From: Planctomycetota bacterium
GTDB lineage: Bacteria; Planctomycetota; UBA8108; SXIK01
NCBI GenBank assembly: GCA_965223265.1
Contig: OZ244999.1
Coordinates: 5,824,001 to 5,888,000 of the forward strand
Direction of reading: 5' to 3'
DNA: 64,000 nucleotides
Shown: one piece after another, positions 47,807 to 58,928 of the stretch
How the letters are laid out: every line of letters starts with the position of its first letter
How positions within the stretch are numbered: position 1 is the stretch's first letter
Made by a program: the position numbers and the translations under genes
The notes under the pieces: model-generated
The model's database searches: none
What the model saw: the letters and a program-made list of their open reading frames with translations, nothing else
Told to the model about the DNA's origin: nothing

Positions 47807-50800
47807 CCCTCCAACTCAAAACCCCGCTCCGCGAACTCCTCCCATCGATCGAGGACACCGGCATTCACGGACAAGCCGGCACGTTCGGCGCGCACGAGAG
47901 CGTGGGCGACGTGACAACTGAGATACGGATCCACCTCGCCGCCTTGCCAGTACGGCCAGCCTCCGCCGCGCTGCAATCTTTCGAGTCGAAGGATATCGTC
48001 TTCGATGCGACTGCGAAGATGCTCCGCGCTCGGGAGTCCCATGAGCTCGAACGCCGCAGGAAACTCCAAAAACGCGGTCATGCCGAGCAGTCGCGATGCG
48101 ATCTGTTCGCCACAGTCATATGGATACTCGCCGAGGTAGCGCAGCGACTCAGCCAGTGTCTCTAGTCGCGTCGCCGTCAAGCGCACACTAAGGCCGCCGC
48201 GGTTCGCAAGCGCTGCGTTTGGTCGTGCGAGCGCCTCGCGCACCACGGCTGCTTGATCACCCATCGCCTCCAACTCTCCAGTGGCGACGACGGTCTCGAC
48301 GGGCGTGGGTTCGTGCACGGGGAACGACAATTCCGCTGCGTCCGAGAACTCTGCTGCAGTCGCCGCAGCTTGGACGATCGCCCTGCCGCCCTCCATGGCA
48401 AGCGCCGGAAACCGCACCTCGCGGCGGTCACGTGCGGCAACAGCGACTCGACTGCCGATCAAGTCTGGCAGGCTTTCGCCGTCGTCAGGCTTGGCGCGCC
48501 ATGAAATGCCGCGTGCCCGCATTGCCAAGTCGACGTTCAGTGTTTCGTCGGTGGCGTTCTGCAGGACGACGGTCATGTCGAACCGATCGCCGCGCCGCAC
48601 GAATCGCGGTGGCGATGGCCGCACAGCCAGCGGCAAGGTCGCTGTGACAACGGCAGAACCACTGCCGAATCGCTTCGTCGTGGCAGCGACCGCAGTGATT
48701 CGATAGCGGGTCAGAGTCCCTGGCAACGTCAAGGTCACGACAGCCTTGCCGTTTGCATCCGTCTGCACTGCAGGTGCGAAGAGTGCTGTCGCACGAAAGT
48801 CGCGCCGCAGTGCGATCGGCACGTCGCCCCCACTGGAGAGCGACGTCAAGACGGCACGCGCACCGGGAACGGCGTTAGGGTCTTCGGAGTCGAGCGCCAA
48901 GTTCGGAGGGCGGAAAATTCGTGATTCGCGGACGAGCTCGGACGCTTCTTTTGATGACGGCTCGAGGAACGACGCCATGCTCCAATGGCCGCGCACTTTC
49001 GTGTACGGGTAAGGATGGAACGTATCCACGAGGTCCGGTGCCTCGTAGTGTGCCAAGGCATGTATGGAATCATCGACGACGAGCACGCACACCTCCGCGT
49101 CGGAGACAGGACGCTCTCGGTGGTCTCGGACGGTGACATCGATCGTGGTCGATGCACCGGGAGCGAGCGCAGGATCATGCGGTGCGACATCGACGTGTAG
49201 ACGTCGCGATGCAAGCGAAACGTTCAGCGTCACAGTCGCGACGAGTGATGTCGGCCTGGTGGGTGCGGTCGCATCTTGAAGCTGCCTCGCATCGCGCGGC
49301 AGTGTCGCCAGTACGTCAACGTGCAGAAAAAGTTGAGGCAAGTGCTCTTCGCCGATCAAAAACTCGAGCGTGTGATTCGCGCCGTCCATGTCGAAACGCT
49401 GTGTCGACAGAAGGCCACTTCGGATCAAGGTCGCGACGCCCGACGCTGGAGAATAGGGCGACTTCACCAGCACACGCGCGATGTCACCTGGCTCATAGAC
49501 CTGTCGGTCAGGGACGAGCTCGAGTCGTTCAAGACGTGGCGTGCGCGGAGCATGGCGCTCGATTCCAGAGACCCAGAGAGTGCGCTCGGCAACAGCCCTG
49601 CGGCCGTCCGGATCGACGGTCTCGGCGCGGACGACGTGGGTTCCGGCGCGCTGAGGAATGAAATCGACGCTGACCGGTTGGTCGGCGGAGATGACCCGTG
49701 TTGCTTGCTGGTCCGACTCCACCCGTAGGCGGCCATTCGGCCCATCAACCCATTCGGTCCGCACCATCTCGAACGCGATCGGCACACCGGACTTCGTCTT
49801 CCCCGCCGGATCGACAACGACGGCCTCGAGCGGCACCGACGCGCCGGCGGCGACAAACGATTCACTGGTGCGCAGTCCAACCAGCCTAGAGGACGGAAGG
49901 ACGACGAGCTCAGACCAGGTGCGCCTCTCGAATCGGGTCACATCCAAAACTCTTGCCGTCAGGTAGACCGACATAGGCTCCGATGAACGTACGTGCGCAA
50001 AGTCGACGCGCAGTCGATGGATGCCGGTCGCGTCCGTTCGCCCGCTGAGCTCGACCTCATGAACAGTCCCCTCCGAGTGGAACTCCTCATCGAAATCCCC
50101 CCACCAGGGCGACCAGCGGCCAAAGGTGAACGAATCCCATCCTGGGATAGAAACCTGCGCCGGGGACGAGCTCGCCTGCCAGCGGACGAACGCGTTCGCG
50201 AGCGGCCCGGACGACAGATAGTGCGCGGCCAGCGTCACCTCGGCGGACCCGCCGCTAAAATGTGGCCCGGGGTCAGGAATGCAGGATATCTCGAATTCAG
50301 GACGGCGGTACTCTCGCACGATCACGTTTCGCGACGCAACCTCCTCGCCGCGAGCGAACACCTTGACCTTGGGCCATTCGTTACCCGTTGGTAACCGAAA
50401 GGAAAAATCGAAACCACCGAGCGGCGTGAGGGCCGCCGCTCCTTCGCGCGTATGGCTCTCGCCGGCGATCACGTAGCGCACCTCGTGGATGTCTGTCGGA
50501 AGCCCGACGTCACCGCCGCGCCGGTGGTCTACGCGCCGTAGCCATCCCTTGACGTGGACCTCGTCTCCGGGGCGATAGACTCCGCGATCGAGGAGAAGCT
50601 CGCAGCGGTCAGATCGATGCGGCACCTCGTCGAAGCGCCAGGCGGAACGGCCGCCGTAGTCGTAGGGATCCAAGAACGCCGAGTCGTCTCGCAAGCGTGC
50701 GACCAGAAGAGGCGGTTCGCCGATCATGCCAGCGAGGTCGAGCGTCGCGAAGTCGCCGTCGGTCACACCAGCTGCCGACGTCGGCGGGTAGAAGGAAACC

Positions 50801-53313
50801 GCTGCGCCATCGACGTTCGTCCGATCGCTTAGTCGCGTCACCCATGCAGTCAACTTCGATGGATCCCAAAGCGCTAGCAGTTGTAGCTGGGTGCGTTCGA
50901 GCCAAATGGCCCGAGGCCGAGTGTCGTAAGCTCGCTCAAACTGCGGGGCGTTGACACGAACAACCGCGACTGCATGGCCAACCCCGCCCGGAAATGCACG
51001 CGTCAAGTTCAGCCGCGTCTCAACGAGCTCATTGACATGCCCGCGCACTGAGATGCGCTCACTGAAGAGGTGAACACCGGGAACCTGTAGTGCGCGATCA
51101 CGCTGCAATTCCTCGTCGCGATCGACTTCCTCGAGCCACTCACGGTAGCGAAGAAATCGCCCCCAATCCGCAACTTCCACGCGGTACACGGAGAGGTCGA
51201 TCGATTCGAGGTTGATCGCATAGCAAGAGAGCCCCGGCGGCCTGTCGGGGTCGAGGACGACTTTCTTTTCCGAACCCACGAAGTGGAGCCCTGGTCGCTC
51301 GCGCGTTTCGTCGAAGTGCAGTGTCACGTCGCCGCCGAGGGTCCGCCCCTGATGGTCACGGAGGCTGCTGGGAAGGGTCACTTGAAACGCTGTGGCGTCG
51401 GTGTCGTCGATGACGATCGTGAGGCTCTGACGTTCTACCTCGATGCGACTCGAGGTCACAGCCGGGCAGATTCCAATCCTTGAATGATCGCCAAGGGATG
51501 ATGGATCGAGCGGTGCTGTGAACGAGATTCCAAGCTCGACTCGATCGAAGCCGTCGGCGCCGTGGTACTCGACCGCGAAATCGTCACGTTTCTTCTCGCG
51601 GTACACCTCGAAGCGAAGACGCTCAACGCGATCGCTGACCTGCTCGCCGACGAGGGAACGAACTCCAGGTTTGAGCTCGACGTCGACGTGATCCGAAAGC
51701 AACTCGGGGACTCGGTAAGCAACCCAGTTCCCAGGCCGCACAGCCCTCCGAACCGACCCCCTTTGGGGATTCAACGGTTGCTCCCAGTCGTTGCTGTCCG
51801 ACTGAAGCTCTCGCTGCTTCAAAGAGTAGTGTTCCTCGACGTCTTCCCACGTCAAACGCTCTACTGCGACCCGCTTCCCCTCGCAGCTCACAACCAGTCG
51901 CTCCTGCACCGAAGCTACATCGATCGGCTGGTTGAAGACGAGAACGATGGGTGCATTGCTGTCGACGCGCCAGTCGGATGGATGAAAACGTACGAGCCGG
52001 GGCGGGGCTGTTGAAAACTCGAAGACTGCCGTCTCTTCGAGCAGGGCTCCCGAAAGTGACGTGAGGGAGCGAGGCACTTCGACGCGATAGCGCGTCGCCA
52101 TCGGAAAAAACCGTTCCTGCGGTGTAGTGCCAGGGACGAAAAGAAGTGTCCGTGTGTCCAACCACCTCCAGTTTCCTACCGCATGCGGCTTCAGCTGCAG
52201 CGACGGCGCGGAAGAAGGAACGAGCTGCATTCCAAGCGGCACCATCGGCTGCGAGAAGGTGACCCGGATATGATCCGCGCGTTCGACACCCCCCTGCGGG
52301 GAGAAACGTACGATGCGAAGAGGCTCGCGTGCGTCTGCGTTTCCAGACACGTCCTCGGCGCCGCGGCGAGTCGTGTTCGACGCCAGACCGACGCGGCGAG
52401 ACGGCGGCGTTGTCGAAGGTGAGGCGGGAAGAGGTCGCTGCTCGGTCGGTAGCTGCAGCAGCGCGTCCTGCTTCTTCTCTGGAGCCTTCAGATGCGGCAG
52501 GCGGTAGAAGATGCTCGCAGCCTTGGAAGAGGCGAGCGGTTCGGGAGTGCATGGCGCGGCGCGGTCTCGATGCAACGAGCCGACAGTGGGAGGCCTCGCA
52601 GGCGCCGACGCCGACTCGGAGAGTCGAAACGGCGGTTCATCCGCATCGCTCTCAATGGGCCAACCGAACGCCGCTTCGAACGTCGCTCCGAGCGTCACCG
52701 CCACCAGAGAGGAGAGAAACCAGGGAAAGGATGCGCGTCGGCTGCAGTCTGGCCGGAGCCCCCGTCGAAGTCGCCGTCGAGGTCGCCGAGATCGCCGTCG
52801 CATCGCGCCCTCCTGGAACTTCTCCATCCCTGAAGCTTTCGACTCAATGCTTCAGTGTAACTGCGCACGGTCACGGAACTGTCATGAAAAGAAAAACGCT
52901 GCCTCTTGGCTTCTTGAGCGGGGAGAGAAGTCGAGCACTGCGCGAGGACGACGCAAATTCGGACGGCACTCACGGCGAGCTTTCGAGAGCCAAAGGCCGA
53001 CACCATCTCCGGTTCCGCTTCGGTCTCTTTCTCGAACTCCGAGTTCGTGTCGGTTCTATGTCCGTAATCCGACTCCGTCCCCCGATACCTACCCCAGAAT
53101 GGCAAGTAAGAACGCCGAAGAGCGCACTACGGAGACCCAAAACTGCTGGTGCCCCCGTTCGAAGAGTGAAAACGACTGATGTCTACTCTACATTTCGCAG
53201 GCTGGGAGTTTATCTCGCAGTCGCGCAGGTCGTTCTGCCGTTCCGCGAGTGCCACACAACTCTTTATATGTCGCCTTCTGTCACAGGCCGGCATCGGAAG
53301 CTCAAAAGCGATA

Positions 53314-54591
53314 TCAAGGAGTCGATTGTTTCGTGTCGGCTGCCGGCAAGCTGGTATTGAGTCGTCGATTCAAGAGTTGTCTCACCGCCGGAGTTGGAGC
53401 CAATTCGAGTGCCGTATTCATATATCTGGCCGCCGCATCGGAGTTTCCACATCGCCGATGCAGATCTGCGAGTACGGCAGCCCACATGTAGGAGTTACTC
53501 AGCCACGTTGGCGGTTCAAAGCCGCTTAGAATGGCGAGACCCGCCTCGGGTCCATCGCACTCTGCGACCGCTATAGCCCGGTTCAGTTTGTGTACTGGGG
53601 AGGGTGAAACTAGCTCCAGCAACGAATAGCAGTCCACGACTCTGCTCCAACGGGTCGCATGGAACGAAGGTGAGAGGCAGTGCTCCGCAGCGACTCCTGC
53701 CTCAGCGTGGTAACGAGAAAAACAGTCCCCTTGCGCCGACTTCGCTAGCCACTTCAATCCAGATTGGATTTGATCTCGGTCCCACAGTGCCCGGTCTTGC
53801 TCCTCCAAGAGAAGCAATCCGCCAGACCCGTCCTCACGAGCAGCCATCCGAGCCACGTGAAGATGCATCAACGCCAGAAGTGCGAACGTCTCTGGACTCT
53901 GACCTACCGGATGTTCAGCCAAGGCGGAAGCCAGGCGTATCGCTTCTTCGCAGAGCTCCAGTCGAGTCGCGTGCTCTCCGTGAAAGGAAAGGTAGCCTTC
54001 TGTAAACAGTACATAGAGGGTCCGATTTACCGCAGGTAATCGCCAAGAATACTGGGCACCAGAGAGCTCGCCGAGCTGTGGCGGGTCCTGCCGCAGACGA
54101 GAGCGGGCTCGACTGAGACGTTTGTATACGCTGGTTTCGCTCGCAAACAACCGAAGCGCAATCTCTCGAACCCCGAATCCGCAGAGCACTTTCAGCGCCA
54201 GCACTAACTGTGATTCCTGCGGAATGGCATCGTCGCAACAGACAAATAGCATTCGCAGCAGGTCGTCTCGCATCTCCCCAACAAAAGAGCACTCCGGACT
54301 GTTTTCCGGAGTGCCCAGGCCTTCGTGTCCGAACTGCTCGAGAATGCGTCCGCGCCGCGTTCGTTGCCGCAGCTCAGTCATGAGGTCGTTGTGCGCCACC
54401 CGAAATAGCCAAGCTGACGGGTTATCGGGCGCCGCCGCGGCCGTCCACTCCTCAAGCGCCTTCATCAGGGCGGACTGAACCGCGTCCTCTACGGCCTCGA
54501 TGTGCTGTACTCCGACCCGGTGCGACAGCGCGGCAACGAGACGACTGTACTCATGCCGGAAGAAGTGCTCGACCAGTTTCGGCGTGCTCAA
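53314..54591 (-). CDS. ECF RNA polymerase sigma factor with C-terminal extension (DUF6596/TPR-like), YciI-associated
   Basis: EDAVQSA, PSAWLFRVAHN, DDLLRMLFVCC, LFTEGY, EEQDRALWD; TTG start overlapping the YciI stop (TTGA). Confidence 0.9.
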   Translation of the reverse strand: MSTPKLVEHFFRHEYSRLVAALSHRVGVQHIEAVEDAVQSALMKALEEWTAAAAPDNPSAWLFRVAHNDLMTELRQRTRRGRILEQFGHEGLGTPENSPECSFVGEMRDDLLRMLFVCCDDAIPQESQLVLALKVLCGFGVREIALRLFASETSVYKRLSRARSRLRQDPPQLGELSGAQYSWRLPAVNRTLYVLFTEGYLSFHGEHATRLELCEEAIRLASALAEHPVGQSPETFALLALMHLHVARMAAREDGSGGLLLLEEQDRALWDRDQIQSGLKWLAKSAQGDCFSRYHAEAGVAAEHCLSPSFHATRWSRVVDCYSLLELVSPSPVHKLNRAIAVAECDGPEAGLAILSGFEPPTWLSNSYMWAAVLADLHRRCGNSDAAARYMNTALELAPTPAVRQLLNRRLNTSLPAADTKQSTP

Positions 54592-54935
54592 GGAGTACGA
54601 ATCTCTCTGACTTCTACGCTTGAACCGGGCATAACGACGCCCGGAGATTCTTGAGCCACTTCGACCGCCTCTTCCAGACTTTCTGCCTCGATAATCATAT
54701 ACCCGCCGACCACCTCCTTCGCCTCCACGAATGGCCCATCCGTTGCACCTGCTAAGGTGACTACTTTTCCGTCTCCCAACTTCCCGCCCATGTCGACGAG
54801 GTTCTCCTGGAACTTCTCCTTCCATGCATTGAACTTGGCATACATCTCTTCCATGCGTGCGGGAGACGGTCGTTCGCAGTTCGCCTGTTCGGCCGGCTGG
54901 GCTCGTTGGATACAAAGGTACTTTCGCTTTGACAT
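54588..54935 (-). CDS. YciI/DGPF-family protein
   Basis: TDGPFVEAKEVVGGYMII..VEVRE; GGAGG RBS. Confidence 0.92.
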   Translation of the reverse strand: MSKRKYLCIQRAQPAEQANCERPSPARMEEMYAKFNAWKEKFQENLVDMGGKLGDGKVVTLAGATDGPFVEAKEVVGGYMIIEAESLEEAVEVAQESPGVVMPGSSVEVREIRTP

Positions 54936-55342
54936 CGTGACCTCCTTTGGTCGTTGCGTTGTGGCGTCGGTCGGACTCAGCCGACACCACATGACGCATG
55001 GGCACGCTCGTTTTGGACACACCAGCGCGCCTTTTTTCGGAGTTCGTCGTAAGTCACTGGAAAGTAACCAATTATGAGCGCCGAGTCGGCTGCAATGTTG
55101 GCCACGGTTCTAACTTTATACCGAATAGCCGGTTCCGAAAAGACTCCGTACTTCGGCCGCCTCCCCGACGAAGATGGATTCTACCCACAGAATCTTTGGT
55201 GTTAGAGGTGGCGACCCCCAGGCAGGCGCCAGAGTTCCGGACCAGAGAAGGTCCGGAGAAAGAGAAGAGTACCTCGTCCGCACGAGCTCTCGACCAGGGG
55301 CGCAGATGGCACGTCACAACCGCTCGGGTACCACTGCGCCCA

Positions 55343-55888
55343 TCATCGAAAAAACAAACGAGTGAGAATCCACCTCCAGAGACGATAGATCCACCACCCC
55401 TCCGACCACCACCACAGCCGATCGCCCGCCCTATCGAGATCCTCACGGTACTGCTGACGCTGCGCGATCGCTTCAACCTCGTAGCGCGCCAGGACCTCGC
55501 GCGTCAAAGGGCTGAGCTCATCTTCCGCCTCACCTGAGGAATCGGGCACGTCCTCGGCCTCTGATAGCGCGTCCAGCTCGCCGTCGTCGAGCCAGACGAA
55601 CGAGCACGTCGGACAGACGTCCAGCTCGAGGGAGTCCTCGTCCTCTTCGTCCACCTTGTAGACGGCCATCTGCTTGGTACATACCGGACAGGCAACACCG
55701 TGACGCGATTCCTGCGCCCGAGCCGACTCCCAAATCTCACGCACCGCTTCAGAAGACGCGCTTTTGCGCAGCACGCCAACCGAGACCCCGTGTCCACCGC
55801 AATCGGGGCACGTCCAGGCGAAACCGTTCGGGCCACGGACACGCTCCAGATGGAGCGAGCAGCGCGGACAGAGAAAAGTCGCCGACAT
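55343..55888 (-). CDS. double zinc-ribbon (zf-TFIIB-like) protein
   Basis: CPRC..CPDCGG, CPVC..ELDVCPTC.FVWLDDGEL; Trp-rich C-terminus. Confidence 0.8.
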   Translation of the reverse strand: MSATFLCPRCSLHLERVRGPNGFAWTCPDCGGHGVSVGVLRKSASSEAVREIWESARAQESRHGVACPVCTKQMAVYKVDEEDEDSLELDVCPTCSFVWLDDGELDALSEAEDVPDSSGEAEDELSPLTREVLARYEVEAIAQRQQYREDLDRAGDRLWWWSEGWWIYRLWRWILTRLFFR

Positions 55889-56082
55889 CTCTTCAGAGTA
55901 CCTCGCAACGACCCGGATAGACTCCCCGAACGACTCTCCTCCCGCAACGACGTCGATCTACATGCCAAGGCTAGCGTAACCTCACGCGGTCCTTGCATCA
56001 ACACGACGAGCCAGTCCGGTTTGACAACTCTCGCCTTGGCAGCCCGTCCCTACAGTCGCACATCCAAGTCGAGGACTTAGCG

Positions 56083-57687
56083 TTAGGGCTCCCACACCAG
56101 CACCTGCCCATCTCTTCTTAAGATCCTTTGGAGCTCGGCCACATCGAGGTCCTGCAGCGCGACGTTCCTGTCGATCGCCATGCAGGCGGCAGTCGCGGCA
56201 GACTGACCGAGGACCATGAACACTGGCTCCATGCGAATGGACCCGAAGGCGATGTGGGAGGCGGCAACACAGACAGGCACGAGCAGGTTCTCGCACTCCT
56301 TGCGTCGCGGGCGGATCGAGCGGTAGGCAATGGGATAGGGAGAGAATCCTCCGACCTCTACGTCACCTTCGTTCCAGACGCGGCCGTCCTTTACGTAGCG
56401 CTGCACATGGTGAGAGTCCATCGTGTAGGCGGCAAGGCCAATTGCGTCGTCGATCTCAGCACGTCCCTCACAGTCGTGCTGCGTCATGACGTAGTCCGAA
56501 ACCATGCGACGCGCCTCGCGAACGTAGAGTTCGTGTGGCCATCCCCCGTTGTCAATGAACTCGTCTTTGGGGAGGCCCCACTGTCTCACTTCATCTTGAA
56601 ACGCCGACGGTACTCGAGGATCATTCGCGAGGAACCACATCAATCCTTGTTGGTAGTTCTTGTGCTCCTCAAAGATGCGCGCTCGAGTGTCGTAGTCACC
56701 TTCGGGATAACCGTAGTTCATGCCGATGTTGTCGGTCGCGAACGCGCCTTTGTTGTTCGTGTCGGTTTTTTGGTTCGGCATCGCCTTCGATAGCTTCAGA
56801 ACAGTCCAGTGTCCCGCCTTCAGATAGCGCAGCAGCAACTCATAGCGCAGTGGATCGTAGGAGTCCGGTTTCGGAAACGGCAAGCGATTGTCCGGAGCAT
56901 TCGTCAGACACATGCGGAAGCAGTAAGCCTGAACCCGGTGGTCGCCGCTTCCTTCCTCGCCTGGACCCCCGGCTTGAATTCCCGGCAACAGACCGCTGCT
57001 CGCGTCGCCGGGAACGATATACGGGTCTATGGCACATTCAAACTGGTGGTATTTCGCATTCCTGGTTTGAACCCCGTTCAACGTCTCGCCATAAACCAGG
57101 TTGGATTCGCGGCCCACGTGGTATGAGACGCCGGCTTTCGCCATCAGATCCCCTTCGTAGGTGGCGTCGACAAACATCTTTCCTGCGAAACGGCGACCAC
57201 TCTCCATGGTGATGTTGACGATCCGGCGGCCACGTGTTTCGACGCCGCTTCTGAGATCCAGACGCTCCTCGAGGACGACCGAGATCCCTTCTTCTCTCAC
57301 CATTTCGTTGTAAGTGTCTTCGGCGACGTGAGGTTCAAAGGTCCAGGATTCGCTTTGACCGTAGTGCTTTCCAAGGCGTTGATAGAACTCGCGGGAAATC
57401 CCGCCGATCGCCTTTTTGTTGCCGATGTCCGTTGCGCCCAGACCGCTGGCGGTCAAGCCGCCAAGGTGTTTTCCAGGGTGAACGATGACTACAGTCTTCC
57501 CCAGACGCGCGCTCTGAACCGCAGCCACGACGCCGGCGGAGGTGCCACCATAGACAACAACGTCATAGGAGTTCGCCGCAACGGCCGCTTGGGGAGCGTC
57601 TGCGGTTGGCGCACTCTCGGACAGTTCGCACGAGGCCGTTAGAAGGACCAGCGCCATCAGCGTGCTGGCTTGTGCAAGTCTCCCCAT
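56083..57687 (-). CDS. FAD-dependent oxidoreductase lipoprotein (xanthan-lyase-associated family)
   Basis: lipobox TASC, DVVVYGGTSAG, HLGGLTASGLG, FVDATYEGDL, YVREARRM, SIRMEP. Confidence 0.88.
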   Translation of the reverse strand: MGRLAQASTLMALVLLTASCELSESAPTADAPQAAVAANSYDVVVYGGTSAGVVAAVQSARLGKTVVIVHPGKHLGGLTASGLGATDIGNKKAIGGISREFYQRLGKHYGQSESWTFEPHVAEDTYNEMVREEGISVVLEERLDLRSGVETRGRRIVNITMESGRRFAGKMFVDATYEGDLMAKAGVSYHVGRESNLVYGETLNGVQTRNAKYHQFECAIDPYIVPGDASSGLLPGIQAGGPGEEGSGDHRVQAYCFRMCLTNAPDNRLPFPKPDSYDPLRYELLLRYLKAGHWTVLKLSKAMPNQKTDTNNKGAFATDNIGMNYGYPEGDYDTRARIFEEHKNYQQGLMWFLANDPRVPSAFQDEVRQWGLPKDEFIDNGGWPHELYVREARRMVSDYVMTQHDCEGRAEIDDAIGLAAYTMDSHHVQRYVKDGRVWNEGDVEVGGFSPYPIAYRSIRPRRKECENLLVPVCVAASHIAFGSIRMEPVFMVLGQSAATAACMAIDRNVALQDLDVAELQRILRRDGQVLVWEP

Positions 57688-58925
57688 CAGGCATGACCTC
57701 GTAGTCTAGAGTTGGGCGTCGCGGCAGCAGCAAGCATTCTCGGGCGCGCCAGAAATTCCACGCTGTGGACGATCGCCTCGCGCATCGCTTGGCCAAGAGG
57801 GCTTTGCTGCGGATAGGAAAGAAACTCCAGGTCAAGCTTGAGCCGACTCGAGACTTCAAGGGCGAGGATCGGCCAAAGGACACCGATGTCGCCGATGACC
57901 GGGATACTACCCGGCAGCCGAGCGAAACCAGACATCTCCATACGAAACGGGATGTTGAGCAATTTGGTCTTCGGCAATCCTTGGTTGATCGCTTCCTGCA
58001 CTGTCGCCGAACCACGCTCTATCTCGCACACCGTCTGCAAATTGGCGTCAAGGTCGAAACGCACGAGCGTTTTGCCCTCCAGTGAGTAGGTAGGGTGCCC
58101 ATCCCAATCGGCCCAAATGCCGTGACCGGTGAACGTTTCAAAGGGACCGTCGTGGATCTCCTGGGTGAGGGCCACGGCCGACTCGATGATGACCTCGGAT
58201 TCAGAGAGAGTCTTCGCGACGCGTGCGGCGCGCTCGGTGATCGAGATGCTGTCGCCGATCGCTAGCCCGACACCGCCGCCACCGACCAGTTGTGGGATCG
58301 AAACGAGCACCGGGACGCCCGCGCGGTAGCCGGCGCCGACCATCGTTCTCGGGTCCGCGCCGCGACCGGCGATCTCCTCGAAGGGTCGACCTTCCATTTT
58401 GGCTCGCTGCAGCACCTCGGCAGAGATTCGCTCAGTGCGATACCCCAGAGGATAGGCCATGTTGCCCGCAGCCTTGATGATTTCGTCGCCCTCTGCGGCT
58501 CGGAGAACATCGATGAGCTCGCCATCCAGTGGGAGCTCCTGCTGAATCGTCCGCAGCTGATCGCCTTCGAGTAGCGACAACTCGAAATGACCGCCCAGAG
58601 GCAGCTTCTCAGGCGGCAATCCACAGCGCGCGCCGTCGACTCGCTTGACACGGTCGAGCGTCCCGGCCATCTCGTGCGCGACGACGGCAGAACTGGTAGT
58701 CACTCCGTCGACGATGCCAACGCGGATCAGTTCCGCGATCAGGGTCGTCACCCCTTCGTGCAGATTCGGCCCACTTCCGGTGACTACGGTCACCTTGCCG
58801 CCGGATTCTTTAGCGTCAACGATGCGATCGATCGCCGCCTGCAGATGGTCTCTCGCGTCTGGGGACAGCGCGCCCTTGAGCTCGGCAATCGCGGCGCGGT
58901 CTATACGGTTGAAAAACTCTGGCAT
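57687..58925 (-). CDS. hypothetical protein, possibly deoxyhypusine-synthase-like NAD-binding fold
   Basis: VVTGSGPNLHEGV..LI..GIVDGVTTS.A..AHE, A..AGVPV; tightly coupled to both neighbours. Confidence 0.6.
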   Translation of the reverse strand: MPEFFNRIDRAAIAELKGALSPDARDHLQAAIDRIVDAKESGGKVTVVTGSGPNLHEGVTTLIAELIRVGIVDGVTTSSAVVAHEMAGTLDRVKRVDGARCGLPPEKLPLGGHFELSLLEGDQLRTIQQELPLDGELIDVLRAAEGDEIIKAAGNMAYPLGYRTERISAEVLQRAKMEGRPFEEIAGRGADPRTMVGAGYRAGVPVLVSIPQLVGGGGVGLAIGDSISITERAARVAKTLSESEVIIESAVALTQEIHDGPFETFTGHGIWADWDGHPTYSLEGKTLVRFDLDANLQTVCEIERGSATVQEAINQGLPKTKLLNIPFRMEMSGFARLPGSIPVIGDIGVLWPILALEVSSRLKLDLEFLSYPQQSPLGQAMREAIVHSVEFLARPRMLAAAATPNSRLRGHA

Positions 58926-58928
58926 CAC

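Larger units (their letters stand above)
42723..52827 (-). pseudogene. bacterial alpha-2-macroglobulin family gene interrupted by two IS110/IS1111-type elements (segments 52827-47724, 46052-46000, 44345-42723)
   Basis: LDRGVYRPGDEV, EYRRPEFE, LRRDFRATALF, LPGTLTRYRI, thioester YPYDCGEQ, WRTTEENAFAL, DPYPAGFE, RATTPG..AMYEPE; the three segments sum to 6780 nt in one frame. Confidence 0.92.

Noticed and set aside
54592-55020. N-terminal extension of the ECF sigma ORF (568 aa)
   Set aside because: It overlaps the YciI gene in another frame; TTG 54591 is the coupled start.
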